Origin: Thalia democratica
Lineage: Eukaryota
Length of the DNA stretch: 64,000 bases
Assembly: GCA_965202585.1 (NCBI GenBank)
Contig: OZ241828.1
Location: 24,490,001-24,554,000 of the forward strand
Direction: 5' to 3'
The position numbers were made by a program, and so were the translations under genes. Shown piece after piece: positions 35,483 to 48,241 of this stretch (positions are counted from its first letter, which is position 1; each line of letters begins with the position of its first letter). The notes under the pieces are model-generated. The model worked only from the letters and a program-made list of their open reading frames with translations, searched no databases and had not been told where the DNA came from.

Positions 35483-36720
35483 TCATGGGCTTAACATATT
35501 TCCTGTATACTTTTTCTGCATGGCCTTATTTTCATGTTGATAAATGACCTGTTTATCTTGGAAACAACTCAATATTTCCAAACCAGTAGCAAAAAACTTT
35601 TTAACCTTTAGAAAACCTTTAGAAACCCGAGATAATTCACTTGAAAATTGATCAAAATATCTTTCAGCTAGACCATAGTTCTTTTCTTTAAAATAGATTA
35701 AAAAGTTTTTTACATGTTTGTACCATGTTTTCGACTTAAACCTGACATTCAACTCAATCATTGATGGATTCTCATAAAGCTTGTTATTACAAAACTTTTC
35801 TTTGAGCGCCATTGATATCCATTTTTTAATACTTTTTAGTAAATCAGTAAGGAAGTTTTTTTCACCTTTGAAATGATATTTACTCATTTCGAAATTTGTT
35901 ATTACCATACTCAATTGTTTTATTTTTAATGGTGCATCTACCATAGCTCTAGTGTTTAAGAACTTGAGGAAAAAACAGTTTTTGTTTATGCAACAGTTTA
36001 AATTTATTGGGTTTTCAATAAAATATTTTTTATTCTTTTCTGAAAACGAGCGGACACAATTGTCGTCTAAATAGTTTTTGAGAACAATTTCAACAGAATT
36101 TATTGAACCAAAATAAATAACAGTAAATGTCTTTTCAAATTTTAAGTTGAGTACATCTGTAATGCCATCATTTTCTAGTATAATTTTAAATGTTAATCTA
36201 TTTTTAGTATCATCTGTAGTGTTTCTTGCGGTCCTGATCAAAACTGCAAATTGGGTTTCTTTCCATTTAAAACTTATTTTATCTTCGGTTTTTAACTTTA
36301 AATTATCTGTGACTTTCTGCAGTTTTTGTCTATAAGTTTCAGCTTGTAATTCCTTTTCAAACTTTTCTACCATATACAACTTTTTCAAATGGCACTCTTC
36401 AAGATATGTTTTGCTTTTTGAATTAAATGAGTACACATTTTTTTTATCGGAATATCTTTGTTTAATTAAGCATACAGATTCAATTGAAAACAAATGGACT
36501 TCAGCGTATCTTTTTGACTTAAGAAGCTTGTTTCTTTCAATTTTGACATCAATTATATCAGTGACACCAATACTTTCAATTTCCTTACAATTTCAACTTC
36601 ACTCGTACCAGGGTCCAATCCACCAATGAAAAGCGAGTATTTGTTTCCATGGTAATCATACTTGAGAGATTTGTATAAATAAGATTCATCAAACATAAAA
36701 CTATCTTGATGACTACTCAT
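35483..36720 (-). pseudogene. Family X copy B2, single 1-nt deletion
   Basis: ATG at 36720, in frame to GGLDPGTSEVEIV. GTAAGGAAATTG at about 36580 lacks one A relative to paralogs; thereafter the family frame is open to the stop at 35483 (track ORF 336 aa). The lesion is in an A-run and could be an assembly error. Confidence 0.8.
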
Positions 36721-37406
36721 GCTAGAAAGCCTGCTAATTTTTTTCTCACTAAATTAATAAACTTATCAAAACCTTGACTTTTATCAATCCTTGGTGTTTT
36801 TATTGGTTTAAAATTTTTAAAGGTAAAAAGAAACATATCTTCTAACACAAAAGTTAAATTTAAAGTAAATTTCTAAATGTGTAGAAAATATACAATAAGT
36901 AGACTTATCTGTTAACAAGAAGTACTTTGAAATAAATTTTTTTATTCAAGCATTTTAAATAAAACAAAAATCATAAAAAAAAAAATTTTTTTTCAAAGGA
37001 TTACGAAAACAAAAAAATTTCAAAACCTCTATACATTTCAAAAGCACTATAAACTATAATGAGTCAATATCTTATTATACAGTACTTGTTTTTTTTATTT
37101 ATTTATTTAACCTCACTTAAACTTGTGTTTGATTTGAAGTATCTCAGAATTATAGAATATTTTAGCACATGTTGTTAAAAAGATAAAACTAACAGATCAC
37201 TATAAAAACAATACCTTAGCTGATACTAAACATACTCAACAAAATAAATTTTCTGATATCTACCTACTTCCAATTTAACTTCTTACTTGAAAACAAATCT
37301 ATCTAAAAAAAATATATCTGTTAAAATGGTATTAAAAATCTATTTTCATGAAAAAACTGATAAAAAACTTCTTTTTTATCTTATCATCAAAAAGTAAATT
37401 TTAAAA

Positions 37407-37484
37407 GTTTCCATGGTAATCATACTTGAGACATTTGTCCAAATAAGATTCTTCCAATTCAAAATTATATTGAAAGTTATTCAT
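37407..37484 (-). pseudogene. Family X 5' fragment (divergent subtype D)
   Basis: ctAG|c ATG AAT AAC TTT... translates MNNFQYNFELEESYLDKCLKYDYHGN, then fuses abruptly to the B2 upstream flank at about 37406. Confidence 0.85.
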
Positions 37485-38899
37485 GCTAGAAAGACTTATA
37501 TGTTTTTTTTTGACTAAGTATAACAAATAGTAGCATTAATTAACATTTTTAACTAATGATGGCCTTAGTTAAAAGTTAAAAGGTGTATAAAATTTATAAG
37601 CAGGCTTTTTTTTGTTTGAAGAACTTTAAATTAACAGTTCAATATAAGTATTTTACTCAAAATAAAATATCTGCTAAGCACTAGAATTATTTATAATGGT
37701 CCTATATACAATACAGATAGTTTAAACAATAACAAGATTTATTTATTTAAAACTAATTTTATCAATTTTATTATTTAAAGTTCTAAAGTTTTCTGATTTA
37801 ATAAATTAATTATGCTGTTTTTTTTTTCTTAACCTCACTTAACTTTGTAATTTTTTTAACATTCTAGATACAGTAATTTTTTAGCACACAACTTATCAAA
37901 ATAAACATCACTAAGCTTTAAAAAATTACCTAAGCTAATCCTAATACTTAACAGCTTCAAACTAATTTCTTTTCTAGTATCTTCATACCTACAATTTAAA
38001 CTGTTACTAAAAACCAAAGGTTAAGTACAACTTAAAACAACTATTATATCAACATTTATATTTTATAGATCATATACTGTTGCTGATCTAATATTTTTTG
38101 TTTTTTTATGCTGAATTAAAGTATAAACTTTTATTCAATTTAATTTTACCAACTTTTGCTTAAAGACTCAACAAAATAACTTAATCAAAAAAAAAAAAAA
38201 CAATTTTGAAATATTATTTAATCGTAAACATCAAGTAATAACTAGGATAAAAAATAAGGTATTTTAAACGTTAAGGCTAGCTTAAAATGGCAAACCTTAG
38301 TTAAACGAAGTATAAAATCAATTACTATTATTACCTAAACTATCTTGTTAATGTTAATTTTATAAACGTGCTTTTTATCTTAGGAGAATTTATTTCAAAG
38401 ATAATTTTGTTAATTTATTTAGTATATATAAGAACAAATACTAGGCCTAGTAAAAGTTTATTGAACTTTAAACAACAGCTCTTTATTTTTATTCTGAATG
38501 AAAAACGGCAGGTTGACGAACACAATAATAATTATTTAGCTTCTGACTTTGTTAGTTTTAGATTTTTTTATCCGACCTACCTCAAATAGCTCGTTGATTT
38601 AGCAAAGAAAGTTTTTTTTCATTATTTAAAAACTTTTTAATGATAAAACTGTTCATAAAAGTTCATTTGTAACCGGGTTTGTTTCATGTTCAAATATTAG
38701 TATAAACATACTTTTAACTAGCTCAAAGTTTTAAAATAAACATAATATTTTTGATGGTAACTTGATTTGTTAGAGATTTGTTCTCGATCTTTGGTTTGTT
38801 CTAGATTTGATAGTTCATCTATATAGTTAATTAATAGTTTTTAACAAGGTTAATATTTGAATATTTTGATAATTAAACATTATTTGACATTAGAATAAT

Positions 38900-39590
38900 T
38901 TCTTTCAAACTATATAAATGAGACTCAATTTTTAGAACAAGATATATTTCATGCTTCTTTCATCAGTTGAATACTAGGCAATAAAAATAAAGTTTGAAAT
39001 TTAACTTATATAGTGGAAATGCAATCAACGTAATTAATAATAATAAAGCAAAGAGTAATTAACAATACAATACATAATACAGTAATTATTGACGAATTTT
39101 GTAAGAGTAATGAGAAAACTAAATCTATTAGAGTAATAAATGCTTCAAAAAGATCTGCTATTTCTGAACACTTAGATAATAACCTTGATTGTGCTAGTAA
39201 TTATAATTTAAAAAGATTTAAAATTGTTAAAAAATGTTTTCACATTTCGGATTTAATTAAACTTGAGGCTATTTGTATTTTATTAAGAAAACCTAAGTTA
39301 TGTAAACATAAAGATTTTGATTATACTGTTTCGTTGTTTTCTTAAATTGTTTTATAAGTTGTTGCTTTGCTCTGTTTTATTATTATTTTTTTAGTTGCAT
39401 TGTAATTATAAGTACTTATGTATTGTTAATTACTCTTTGCTTTATTATTATTAATTACGTTGATTGCATTTCCACTATATAAGTTAAATTTCAAACTTTA
39501 TTTTTATTGCTTAGTATTCAACTGATGAAAGAAGCATGAAATATATCTTGTTCTAAAAATTGAGTCTCATTTATATAGTTTGAGAGAATA
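38900..39590. mobile_element. Penelope-like retroelement remnant: GIY-YIG C-terminus between inverted repeats of about 175 bp
   Basis: 38900-39077 is the reverse complement of 39416-39590 and they flank the endonuclease tail. Inverted pseudo-LTR arrangements are characteristic of Penelope-like elements. Confidence 0.78.
39091..39345 (+). pseudogene. Penelope-type GIY-YIG endonuclease C-terminal fragment
   Basis: Reads DEFCKSNEKTKSIRVINASKRSAISEHLDNNLDCASNYNLKRFKIVKKCFHISDLIKLEAICILLRKPKLCKHKDFDYTVSLFS-stop, matching the Penelope ending SAI.EHL..N..CA..Y...RF.I......L..LEA..I....P.LC.QK.F...L.LF. Confidence 0.82.
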
Positions 39591-39649
39591 TTTTGATATT
39601 CAGTTTTTTAAATTAAGTTTTAACTTACGATGTACCTAGTATCAGGACT

Positions 39650-39810
39650 CAATTTTTTCTGATTTTTTTTCAGGGTTCATTTCCGAAGTCTTAGGTTAAC
39701 CAAAGGCATCCACAAGGCAGTGGAGTTGAAAAATCTATGTGCTCATAGCAGGACTAGAACCTTGAACCCCGTGAACTGGACTGTACCCGCTACCACTGCA
39801 CTATCAGGTC
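39650..39810 (-). mobile_element. tRNA-derived SINE (head plus partial body)
   Basis: Minus strand starts GACCTGATAGTGCAGTGGTAGC (A-box TAGTGCAGTGG) ... GGTTCTAGTCCTGC (B-box-like) and continues into unrelated body sequence; no complete cloverleaf. Confidence 0.6.
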
Positions 39811-40079
39811 ACTTATCTATATATAGATATATATAAAATAAATAAATAAATATATACATATATATAAATTCAACAAAAAACAAATTTAGCAGGAAAATTA
39901 AAGTCGGTCACGTATACATTATATGTATTTTTGTACATTATATGACTACATTACTTTCTTATTTCAAAGCTAATATTAAAACTTTTACATCATTTAAAAA
40001 TCTCAATTCCTTAGCTTTAAATTCAAGTTATTTAAACATAGTTTAGACTTAGTTTTTACTTTTGTTTTGTTTTTTTTTT

Positions 40080-40127
40080 TCTAGGTAGTGCAACAGCTAG
40101 AGCATTCCACCCCACGCGACGCCCCTG
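40080..40127 (-). mobile_element. Solo hAT-like terminus (CAGGGGCGTCGCGTGGGG on the minus strand)
   Basis: Ends ...CCCCACGCGACGCCCCTG at 40127 and directly abuts a truncated family X coding fragment. Same family as the terminus at 53144; no partner end or TSD found. Confidence 0.55.
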
Positions 40128-40290
40128 GTTCGTACCATATTTTCGACTTGAATCCGATATTCAACTCAATCTTTGATGGGCTCTGATGTAGCTTTTTATT
40201 GTTATATAGTTCGCCAAGCGATATCAATATCCATTTTTTTATGCATTTTAATAAACTAGTAAGGAATTTATGTTCATTTTTTTAAGATAA
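40128..40290 (-). pseudogene. Family X internal fragment truncated at a hAT terminus
   Basis: Translates KNEHKFLTSLLKCIKKWILISLGELYNNKKLHQSPSKIELNIGFKSKIWYE. Confidence 0.85.
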
Positions 40291-41396
40291 CTTAATTTTG
40301 GAACTTTAATAAAAAAATGCAAATACTTGTAAAACGAAATATAAAATTCTTTATATTTATTTATCTAGCTTAAAAGTAGGTATTTTAAAGAAAAGATTAA
40401 GAGTGTTGTGTAAGTACAAATACTAAACTAAACAAATACTATTAGATTTTGAGTAAAAGCTTTGATTATGTAGTGAAAAAGTCATGTTTATGTTGGAAGT
40501 ACGATCTTAAATTATGGATCAGTTAAAACAGAATATTTGTTAAGCTGGCTTCTAAAACTTGCTAGTTATTTTACTCTTGGTGATACCATAGTTTTTCTTG
40601 ATATTATTTTTAGAGTAAGTTAAGCATATAATTTACTAACGACAAGCGACAAGTATAAATTGACTACTTTAAATTATGTGTTTTTAGTTTAACACTGTAT
40701 TTTTTATATTATCTGAAAAGATAGTTTAACCTTAATTTATTTAAATGCTATTTGATTAAAAAACTGCTATTTTAAGTATGAAAGCATATTCAAAACTGTG
40801 AAACATGTCATATTCATACAACTAACTATTCTGTTTAAAGTTCTGAGTAGCTAATGTAATTTTAAGCTTTACACAAATAAAAAACCATTTCTTTGTGCAA
40901 ACATGTTGGTCAATTAGCAACTTAACTTTTGGTAAACTTTACTAAAAACGTTTAAGCAACCAAAAAATTTATACACTACTTAAATTTTTAGAACACATCA
41001 AAATTGTTTTTGAGAAAGATTTAGTTTCCAAGTTGTTAAATATGAACAATAAAGTACTTGTTTTGGTAAATAGCATAATTTTATTTAAAAAAATTAATAT
41101 TATTAAAAAAAATATTATAACACATACTTTTATTTATATACTGTATGACAAACTTAATCCTATTTGCATGTTCATTCTATAAAGTCTTTACTTAATTTGT
41201 TTATAAATTCATTTTAGATTAAATGAAAAATGCATTACTATAAATCTTCAAAAAAAGTGCTAAATTTTAAAATCAAAATATAAATAAGTAAATTATACCG
41301 ATTTCAATTAACATCTTTTAACTATACTTTTACTTCGGAAATTTTAAAAATACATTTTATGACATTAATGATATATAAAGTTGTACAAATCAAAAC

Positions 41397-41532
41397 TTAT
41401 CTTAACGTTTTAAACTTAACCCTTTTACTTTTCAAAGGCTTGAAATATTTCTTGTACTGTTCTTTGTTTACATGGCGTTTCTTTATACCAAACTTTTTAC
41501 GTTGGGTAATGAACGGTTTATTTAGGAAACAT
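41397..41532 (-). pseudogene. Family X C-terminal fragment
   Basis: Translates CFLNKPFITQRKKFGIKKRHVNKEQYKKYFKPLKSKRVKFKTLR-stop. Confidence 0.8.
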
Positions 41533-41799
41533 TCATTGTATGAAATTTTTGTATTATTAAATTATAAATACCTCTTGATTGACATAAAGAAAAAAAACAT
41601 CACTACCATTTATAAAAAAGAAATATAAAAAATTAAAAATTAAAAAATATATGAGTGAATTATACCAAATAAAATAAATAATTTTTACCGTCAAGTTTAC
41701 ACTACAAAGTTAAAATCAGATTCTATAACATAATACTAAAGCACAATTTTAGATTTATAAAGTTGATCAAGTCCATATATGCATAAAGTTGTACAAATC

Positions 41800-42065
41800 A
41801 AAACTGATCTCAACACTTTAACCTTAACCCTTTTACTTTTCAAGGGCTTGACATATTTCTTGTATTGTAGTTTTTTTACATGCTATTTCTTTTTACCACA
41901 CTTTTTACGTTGGGTAGTGATCGGTTTATTCGGGAAACAAATAAATATTTCCAATCCATCAACACAAAAATCTTCATCATTTTTAGAAAATTCAGGAGAA
42001 CTTCCTAAAAAATTATCAAAATACCTACCAGCACAAACAACTGCTTCAGAAACCCAAGGTTTCAA
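41800..42065 (-). pseudogene. Family X C-terminal fragment
   Basis: Translates PWVSEAVVCAGRYFDNFLGSSPEFSKNDEDFCVDGLEIFICFPNKPITTQRKKCGKKK*HVKKLQYKKYVKPLKSKRV. Confidence 0.85.
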
Positions 42066-42540
42066 ATTTTACATAAAAAAAAAAAAATTTTTTGGACATG
42101 TGTTAGTCGGTTAAAATTTGTACTTAAGATTTAATTTACTAGAAAGTTTCTAACAACCAAAAAATTTAAACTTTAGTAAAAGTCTAACTGTATGGTACTT
42201 ACTTAGTTTAATAGCAAATTCTAAAAATAAACAAAAAAAAAAGGTTGTAGTAAAAACTTTATAACACTTGCTTTTAGTAGTATACTAAAAAAAAAACTAA
42301 TTATTTTTTGTATTTTCATTCTATAAAGTCTTTATTTTATAAAATTATAAGTACCTTTTGATTAAAATAAAGAAAAAAAATCATTGCTATAATTAAAAAG
42401 ATATAGTTTTACTAATCAAAAAATGTAGAAACAAATTATACAAATAAAGATAAACAATTTTACTTTGCTAAGTTTATCAGATTTTATTAACATTACACAA
42501 CTTTAGATTTGTTAAATATATGATGTTGATCTTATCAAAA

Positions 42541-43982
42541 CTATCTCAACTTTTTATACTTAAAATTTTTACTTTTCATAGGCTTGTCATTTTTCTTATA
42601 CTTTACTTTTTCTAAATGGCATTTCTTTTTACCACACTTTTTACGTTGGGTAGTGATCGGTTTATTTGGGAAGCAACTCAATATTTCCAATCCATCAACA
42701 CAAAAATCTACTTCATTTTTAGAAAATTCAGGTAAACTTTCTAAAAAATCATTAAAGTACCAACCTAGATGAAACGCTCCAGAAAACGAGATAACTTATT
42801 TGAAAATTCAAAAAAATACAATTGAGCTTCACTGTAGTTCTTTTCTTCAAAAGAGATTAGAAAGTTTTTTACGTATTCATACCATGTTTCCGATTTAAAA
42901 CCGACATTCAACTCAATCGCTTGTGGATTTTAAAAAAGCTTGTTATTACTAAACAGCTCATCAAGTGATATTGAAATCCATTTTTTGATACTTTTTAATA
43001 AATCAGAAAGAAATTTATACTCAATTTGTTTAAAAGTTAATGCTGTTGGCGAAAAAAAGTTTGCTTTTTTTCTATCGTTAATTTCATCTAATGATGTACC
43101 ATATAGTTCACGAAAACTTAAACTAAAAGGAAATTTTGACAAAAAATTCAATTTTTTCCTTCTAGATTCTCTGTTTAATAACTTCACTAAGCAGTCTACA
43201 AGATTTATAATATATAAAAACTTTCTAAAAAAACAGATTCTGTTTGAGCAACGTTCAATTATTTTTGTTTTTTCAACAAAATATTTCTTATTCTTAGTTG
43301 AAAACGAACGGACGCAATTATCATCGAAATACTTTTTAAGAATTTGGTTCACAGAGGTCACTGAGCTGAAGTGAATAGCAGTAAAGGACTTTTCAATGTC
43401 TACGTTGAGTACATCTGTGATTCCATCACTTTTTAGTGTCTTTTTAAAAACGTTCTGGTTATCATTGTTATCTCTAATGTTTGTTGTACACCCGATTAAA
43501 ATTGCAAAAGTTTTTTCTTTCCATTTAAAATTAACTTTTACTTCGTTTTTCAATGTTACATTATCTTAAGTTTTCAGCAGTTTTTGTCTATATATTTTTA
43601 CTTGTATCTTCTTTTTAAACTTTTCTACCAAATACAACTGTTTCAAATGATACTCTTCTAGAAATTTTTTACTTTTGGTATTAAATGGGTATACATTTTT
43701 CTTATCAACATATCTTTGTTTAATCAACTTTACAGATTCAATAGAAAACAAATGGACTTCAGCGTAATTTTTTGACAGAAGAAACTTGTTTCTTTGAATT
43801 TTGACATCAATTATATCAGTGACACCAATACTTTCAATTTTCTTCACAATTTCAAATTAACTTGAACCAGGGTCCAATCCACCAATGAAAAGCGAGTATT
43901 TGTTTCCATGGTAATCATACTTGAGAGATTTCTCCAAATAAGATTCTTCCGATTTCAAACTACCTTGAATATAAAGCAGCAT
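42541..43982 (-). pseudogene. Family X copy A3, several nonsense codons and a frameshift
   Basis: ATG at 43982 (MLLYIQGSL...). Stops at GSS*FEI (about 43857), LLKT*DN (43566) and KLF*NP (42930), plus a 2-nt deletion near 42785. Confidence 0.88.
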
Positions 43983-45558
43983 ACTAACTTCTAACTAACA
44001 ACATATATACTACTATCAGAGAACATTTAGTTACTAAAACTAACTTTTAAAATTAATGATGGCCTTAGTTTAAAATTAAAAACTTTAACGGTGTAGAAAG
44101 TATATTAGCAGACTTATTAATATTGTTAAGTATTTTTTTATCTAGTTATTTTTAATTAAAAAATCTGCTAAGCACTACAAAATCTACAATTTTGTTTTAC
44201 ATAACGCAGAAGTTAAGAACAATATAACAATGTTTACAGGTTTTATAAGTCTATCTACATGAAAAAAATAAAAATAAACGTTTTAAAAAAGTATCAATAA
44301 AAAATACATTTAAAACTAAATAATGTTTTATGTTTTAATTACTGCAATTTATATTGAGTCAAAACACAAAATATACATTTTTATTTTATATTTTTTCTCA
44401 ACCTCACTTAAATCTGTATATGCTTTCTTATATGACATAGTGCACACAATTTGTTGAAATTATGAAAGATCACTAATTTTAAATTATAATGCCTATGCTG
44501 TTACTTACACGTTTTATTACTAAATTCTTATCATTAATAATGTTAATTAATTTAAATAGTTATTTAATAACTAAAGTTTTGTATAAAATTTTAGACACCC
44601 ATAGTAATTTAATAAATTTTACCAATTTTAAATGTAGTATAAGTGATAAAGTAAAAACTTTTTAACATTTATATATTTAACTTAAAACAAAAGTGTTTAT
44701 TTAAGTTAAATTTACAAAAGCAAATTTAAAACATAATATAGTTAAAAATAAAAACAAAACGATTATCTAAGCCTAATATTAAAATGCACTTTTTTGCTTT
44801 TATTTCCGCTTACACATAAAATATACGATAATTTATTAAGCAGGTTTGTTTTTGTGTATTTATTTAATTCAAAAACGCAAATTTTTGTAAATCTAAATAT
44901 AAAGTTTTTATTTCTTAGTAACTTAACTTAGCTTAATATACGTGTAATTTTTATCTTAAATGTATTCATTTCGATTATACCTAGTAAGGTATCATTCGGC
45001 TTAGAACAACAGCTAAGCTTCTTTTGATTTTGTAGTTGAAAATGGAAGCTTCATGTTAAAAACAAATCTTTTTTAATCTAAATTTGTTCATGCTACATTT
45101 TTACTGCTCTTTGAACACGTCTATGAACACTTAAATTTTGAGTATAAAAACTTTTATTTTTATTGTTGAGTTCGTGTTTTGTGATGAAACTATCCATAAA
45201 AGTTCATTACTAATAAAAAAAAAAGATTTTAAACTAAAATGTTGGTATGAATATATCACAATATTTACAACTTGTATAAGTTTTGAAAAGTAAGCATAAA
45301 ATTTTCGATGGTACTTAATAAATCTAAATTATGCTGGTTATTGTATATTTTATAGTTTATCAGTTTTCTAATATATTGCTAGATTTATTTAATGTTTAAC
45401 TTTCTAGAGAGTTGAAAATTAATAAACTTTTGAACAAAATAAATCCATTTTAAAGTATTTTTTCAACTGTTCTTTATAAATAAATCTTCAAAGACTTTGT
45501 TGGACACTTATGCAAAATTTTACTTTCCCTAAGGTGTCAAAATTTAAACAAAAGCATA

Positions 45559-45635
45559 AGTCAACAGAATGCACGCACACTACTTTCAAACCGCCAATTA
45601 TGTAGGCTTTATCCATAAGAGCGCAAACGCTAATT
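45559..45635 (-). pseudogene. Kelch remnant K5 (mostly deleted)
   Basis: Matches the 5' end of K4 (ttAG|cgtttgcgctct...GATAAAGCCTACATAATTGGCGG; DKAYIIGG). Confidence 0.55.
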
Positions 45636-47001
45636 AATAAATAAATTTAGAAAATAAAGATATGATGCTATGAATGACGACTGTAAATAAGTAAATTACA
45701 ATAATAAGTCAAAAAGTACATGAAATCCACAAAAATTAAAATTAAATAAAGTTAATCCATAAAAAAAATATTAGTTATTTATTAAATGTAATTAGTTAGT
45801 TAATTTAATAAAGAATAAAAGAGGTATGTAGTAAGTAGCTCGATATCCGAAAATGTTTTTTATACGAAATACGTGAGCGTTGATAATTTTGTTGTATATA
45901 ATAAACTAATCGTGTAATAAAAAAAAAACAGAGATCGAACTTAGAAACATCTATTAAAGTGTAAAGAAAAAAGTTTACGGTATATAGTTACCTTAGATTT
46001 AATTACTTTTTATATAGAAACTTCAGTTAATTATGCAAATTTTGTAATTTATTATATAAAAGCTGTTATATTCACGATGCATATCATTTCTTACATTGTT
46101 AACAACTTACAAAAACAATCATGCAAGAAAACAAAAATTGTTGAAAGAACAATATAGTAATCTATAGCAAATTCACTTTAGTTAAAAAATATAAAGTAAG
46201 TATAGAAATTTTAGCCCAAAAAATAGTTTAATATAAGCATATAATTTTAGCAAAGCGACAAATATATAATTGATTTTTTAAATTCATTTAATATTTGTTT
46301 AACATTGTTAGTGTGTTTGATGTTATTGAAAAGATAGTTTAACCTTATTTAAATGCTGCTTGATTAGATAATCATAAGTTAAAGAAAAAGTTCAAAACCG
46401 TAGAATACACCATATTTTTTCAATTAACTTAATTGTTTCACACTCAGCAAGTTTTATGTAGTTTTAAGCTTTACTTCGATAAAAATAACTTCGATACTTT
46501 TTTTTTTGTTGGTTAGTTATTAAAAATCAAAAAATAAGTTTTAAAACACGTCTTGTTAAGGTATTTATTATTTTAAAAATGTAAAAACGAATTCAATTGC
46601 CTTATTTTATAGTACTAGTTGCAGTTTTGAATTCAATGTTTGTAGAAAATACTCATAGCAGATACGTTAATTTATCTACTAGATAATAAAACTACTCACT
46701 TTGTATTTCATTGTATAAGGTAGTTATTTTATAAAAATACAATTCCTTTGTGCAGAATATAAATAAATACAACTCTTATTTTATAAAACAATAAGAACTA
46801 AAAACACTTAGAATTAAAACATAATAAATCAAATTGTACAAGTTAAAGTAAACAATTTTTTACTTACAGTTATACCTTGCAAAAATTAATAACAAATTTT
46901 ATAACAAATTAGTGCGTAACAATTGTGACTTATCAATGTATATCATGACGTTGATCTCATCAAAACTTATTTCAACAATTTATATTTAATGTTTATACTT
47001 T

Positions 47002-48241
47002 TCATGGGCTTAACATATTTCCTGTATACTTTTTCTGCATGGCCTTATTTTCATGTTGATAAATGACCTGTTTATCTTGGAAACAACTCAATATTTCCAA
47101 ACCAGTAGCAAAAAACTTTTTAACCTTTAGAAAACCTTTAGAAACCCGAGATAATTCACTTGAAAATTGATCAAAATATCTTTCAGCTAGACCATAGTTC
47201 TTTTCTTTAAAATAGATTAAAAAGTTTTTTACGTGTTCGTACCATGTTTTCGACTTAAACCCGACATTTAACTCAATCATTGATGGACTCTCATAAAGCT
47301 TGTTATTACAAAACTTTTCGCTGAGCGATATTGATATCCATTTTTTAATACTTTTTAGTAAATCAGTAAGAAAGTTTTTTTCACCTTTGAAATGATATTT
47401 ACTCATTTCGAAATTTTTTGTTACCATGTTCATCTGTTTTCTTTTTTAATGATTCATCTACCATAGCTCTAGTGTTTAAGTACTTAAGGAAAAAACAGTT
47501 TTTGGTTATGCGACAGTTTAAATTTATTGGGTTTTCAATAAAATATTTTTTATTCTTTTCTGAAAACGAGCAGACACAATTGTCGTCTAAATATTTTTTG
47601 AGAACAATTTCAACAGAATTTATTGAACCAAAATAAATAACAGTAAATGTCTTTTCAAATTTTAGGTTGAGTACATCTGTAATGCCATCATTTTCTAGTA
47701 TAATTTTAAATGCTGATCTATTTTTAGTATCATCTGTAGCTTTTCTTGTGGTCCTGATCAAAACTGCGAATTGAGTTTCTTTCCATTTAAAATAAACTTT
47801 TTCTTCGGTTTTCAACTTCAAACTATCTGTGACTTTCAGCAGTTTTTGTCTATATGTTTCAACTTGTAATTCCTTTTTAAGCTTTTCTACCAAATACAAC
47901 TTTTTAAAATGAAGTTCTTCAAGAAACTTTTTGCTTTGTGAATTAAATGAGTACACATTTTTCTTATCGGAATATCTTTGTTTAACTAAGCTTACAGATT
48001 CAATTGAAAACAAATGGACTTCAGCGTATCTTTTTGACTTAAGAAGCTCATTTCTTTGAATTTTGACATCAATTATATCAGTGACACCAATACTTTCTAT
48101 TTTCTTTACAATTTCAAATTCACTCATACTAGGAAGTAATCCACCAATGAAAAGCGAGTATTTGTTACCATGGTAATCATACTTGAGAGATTTGTCCAAA
48201 TAAGATTCTTCAAACATAAAACTATCTTGATGACTACTCAT
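47002..48241 (-). pseudogene. Family X copy B3, single +1 frameshift
   Basis: ATG at 48241, 280-aa frame; the family sequence continues in track ORF 47002..47433. One extra base in a T-run at about 47443-47448 relative to B2; could be an assembly error. Confidence 0.8.

Noticed and set aside
39522-39545. Functional hammerhead ribozyme in the Penelope inverted repeat
   Set aside because: CTGATGA and GAAA are present, but the intervening AAGAAGCAT cannot form stem II.
39745-39810. tRNA gene on the minus strand
   Set aside because: A- and B-box-like motifs are present, but no acceptor, anticodon or T stems can be built; better explained as a SINE head.
9361-47636. Plus-strand ORFs overlapping family X (9361, 9673, 28206, 28518, 29207, 36147, 36411, 41779, 42584, 42940, 47418)
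   Set aside because: They are antisense shadows that recur only because the minus-strand genes are duplicated; no independent motifs.
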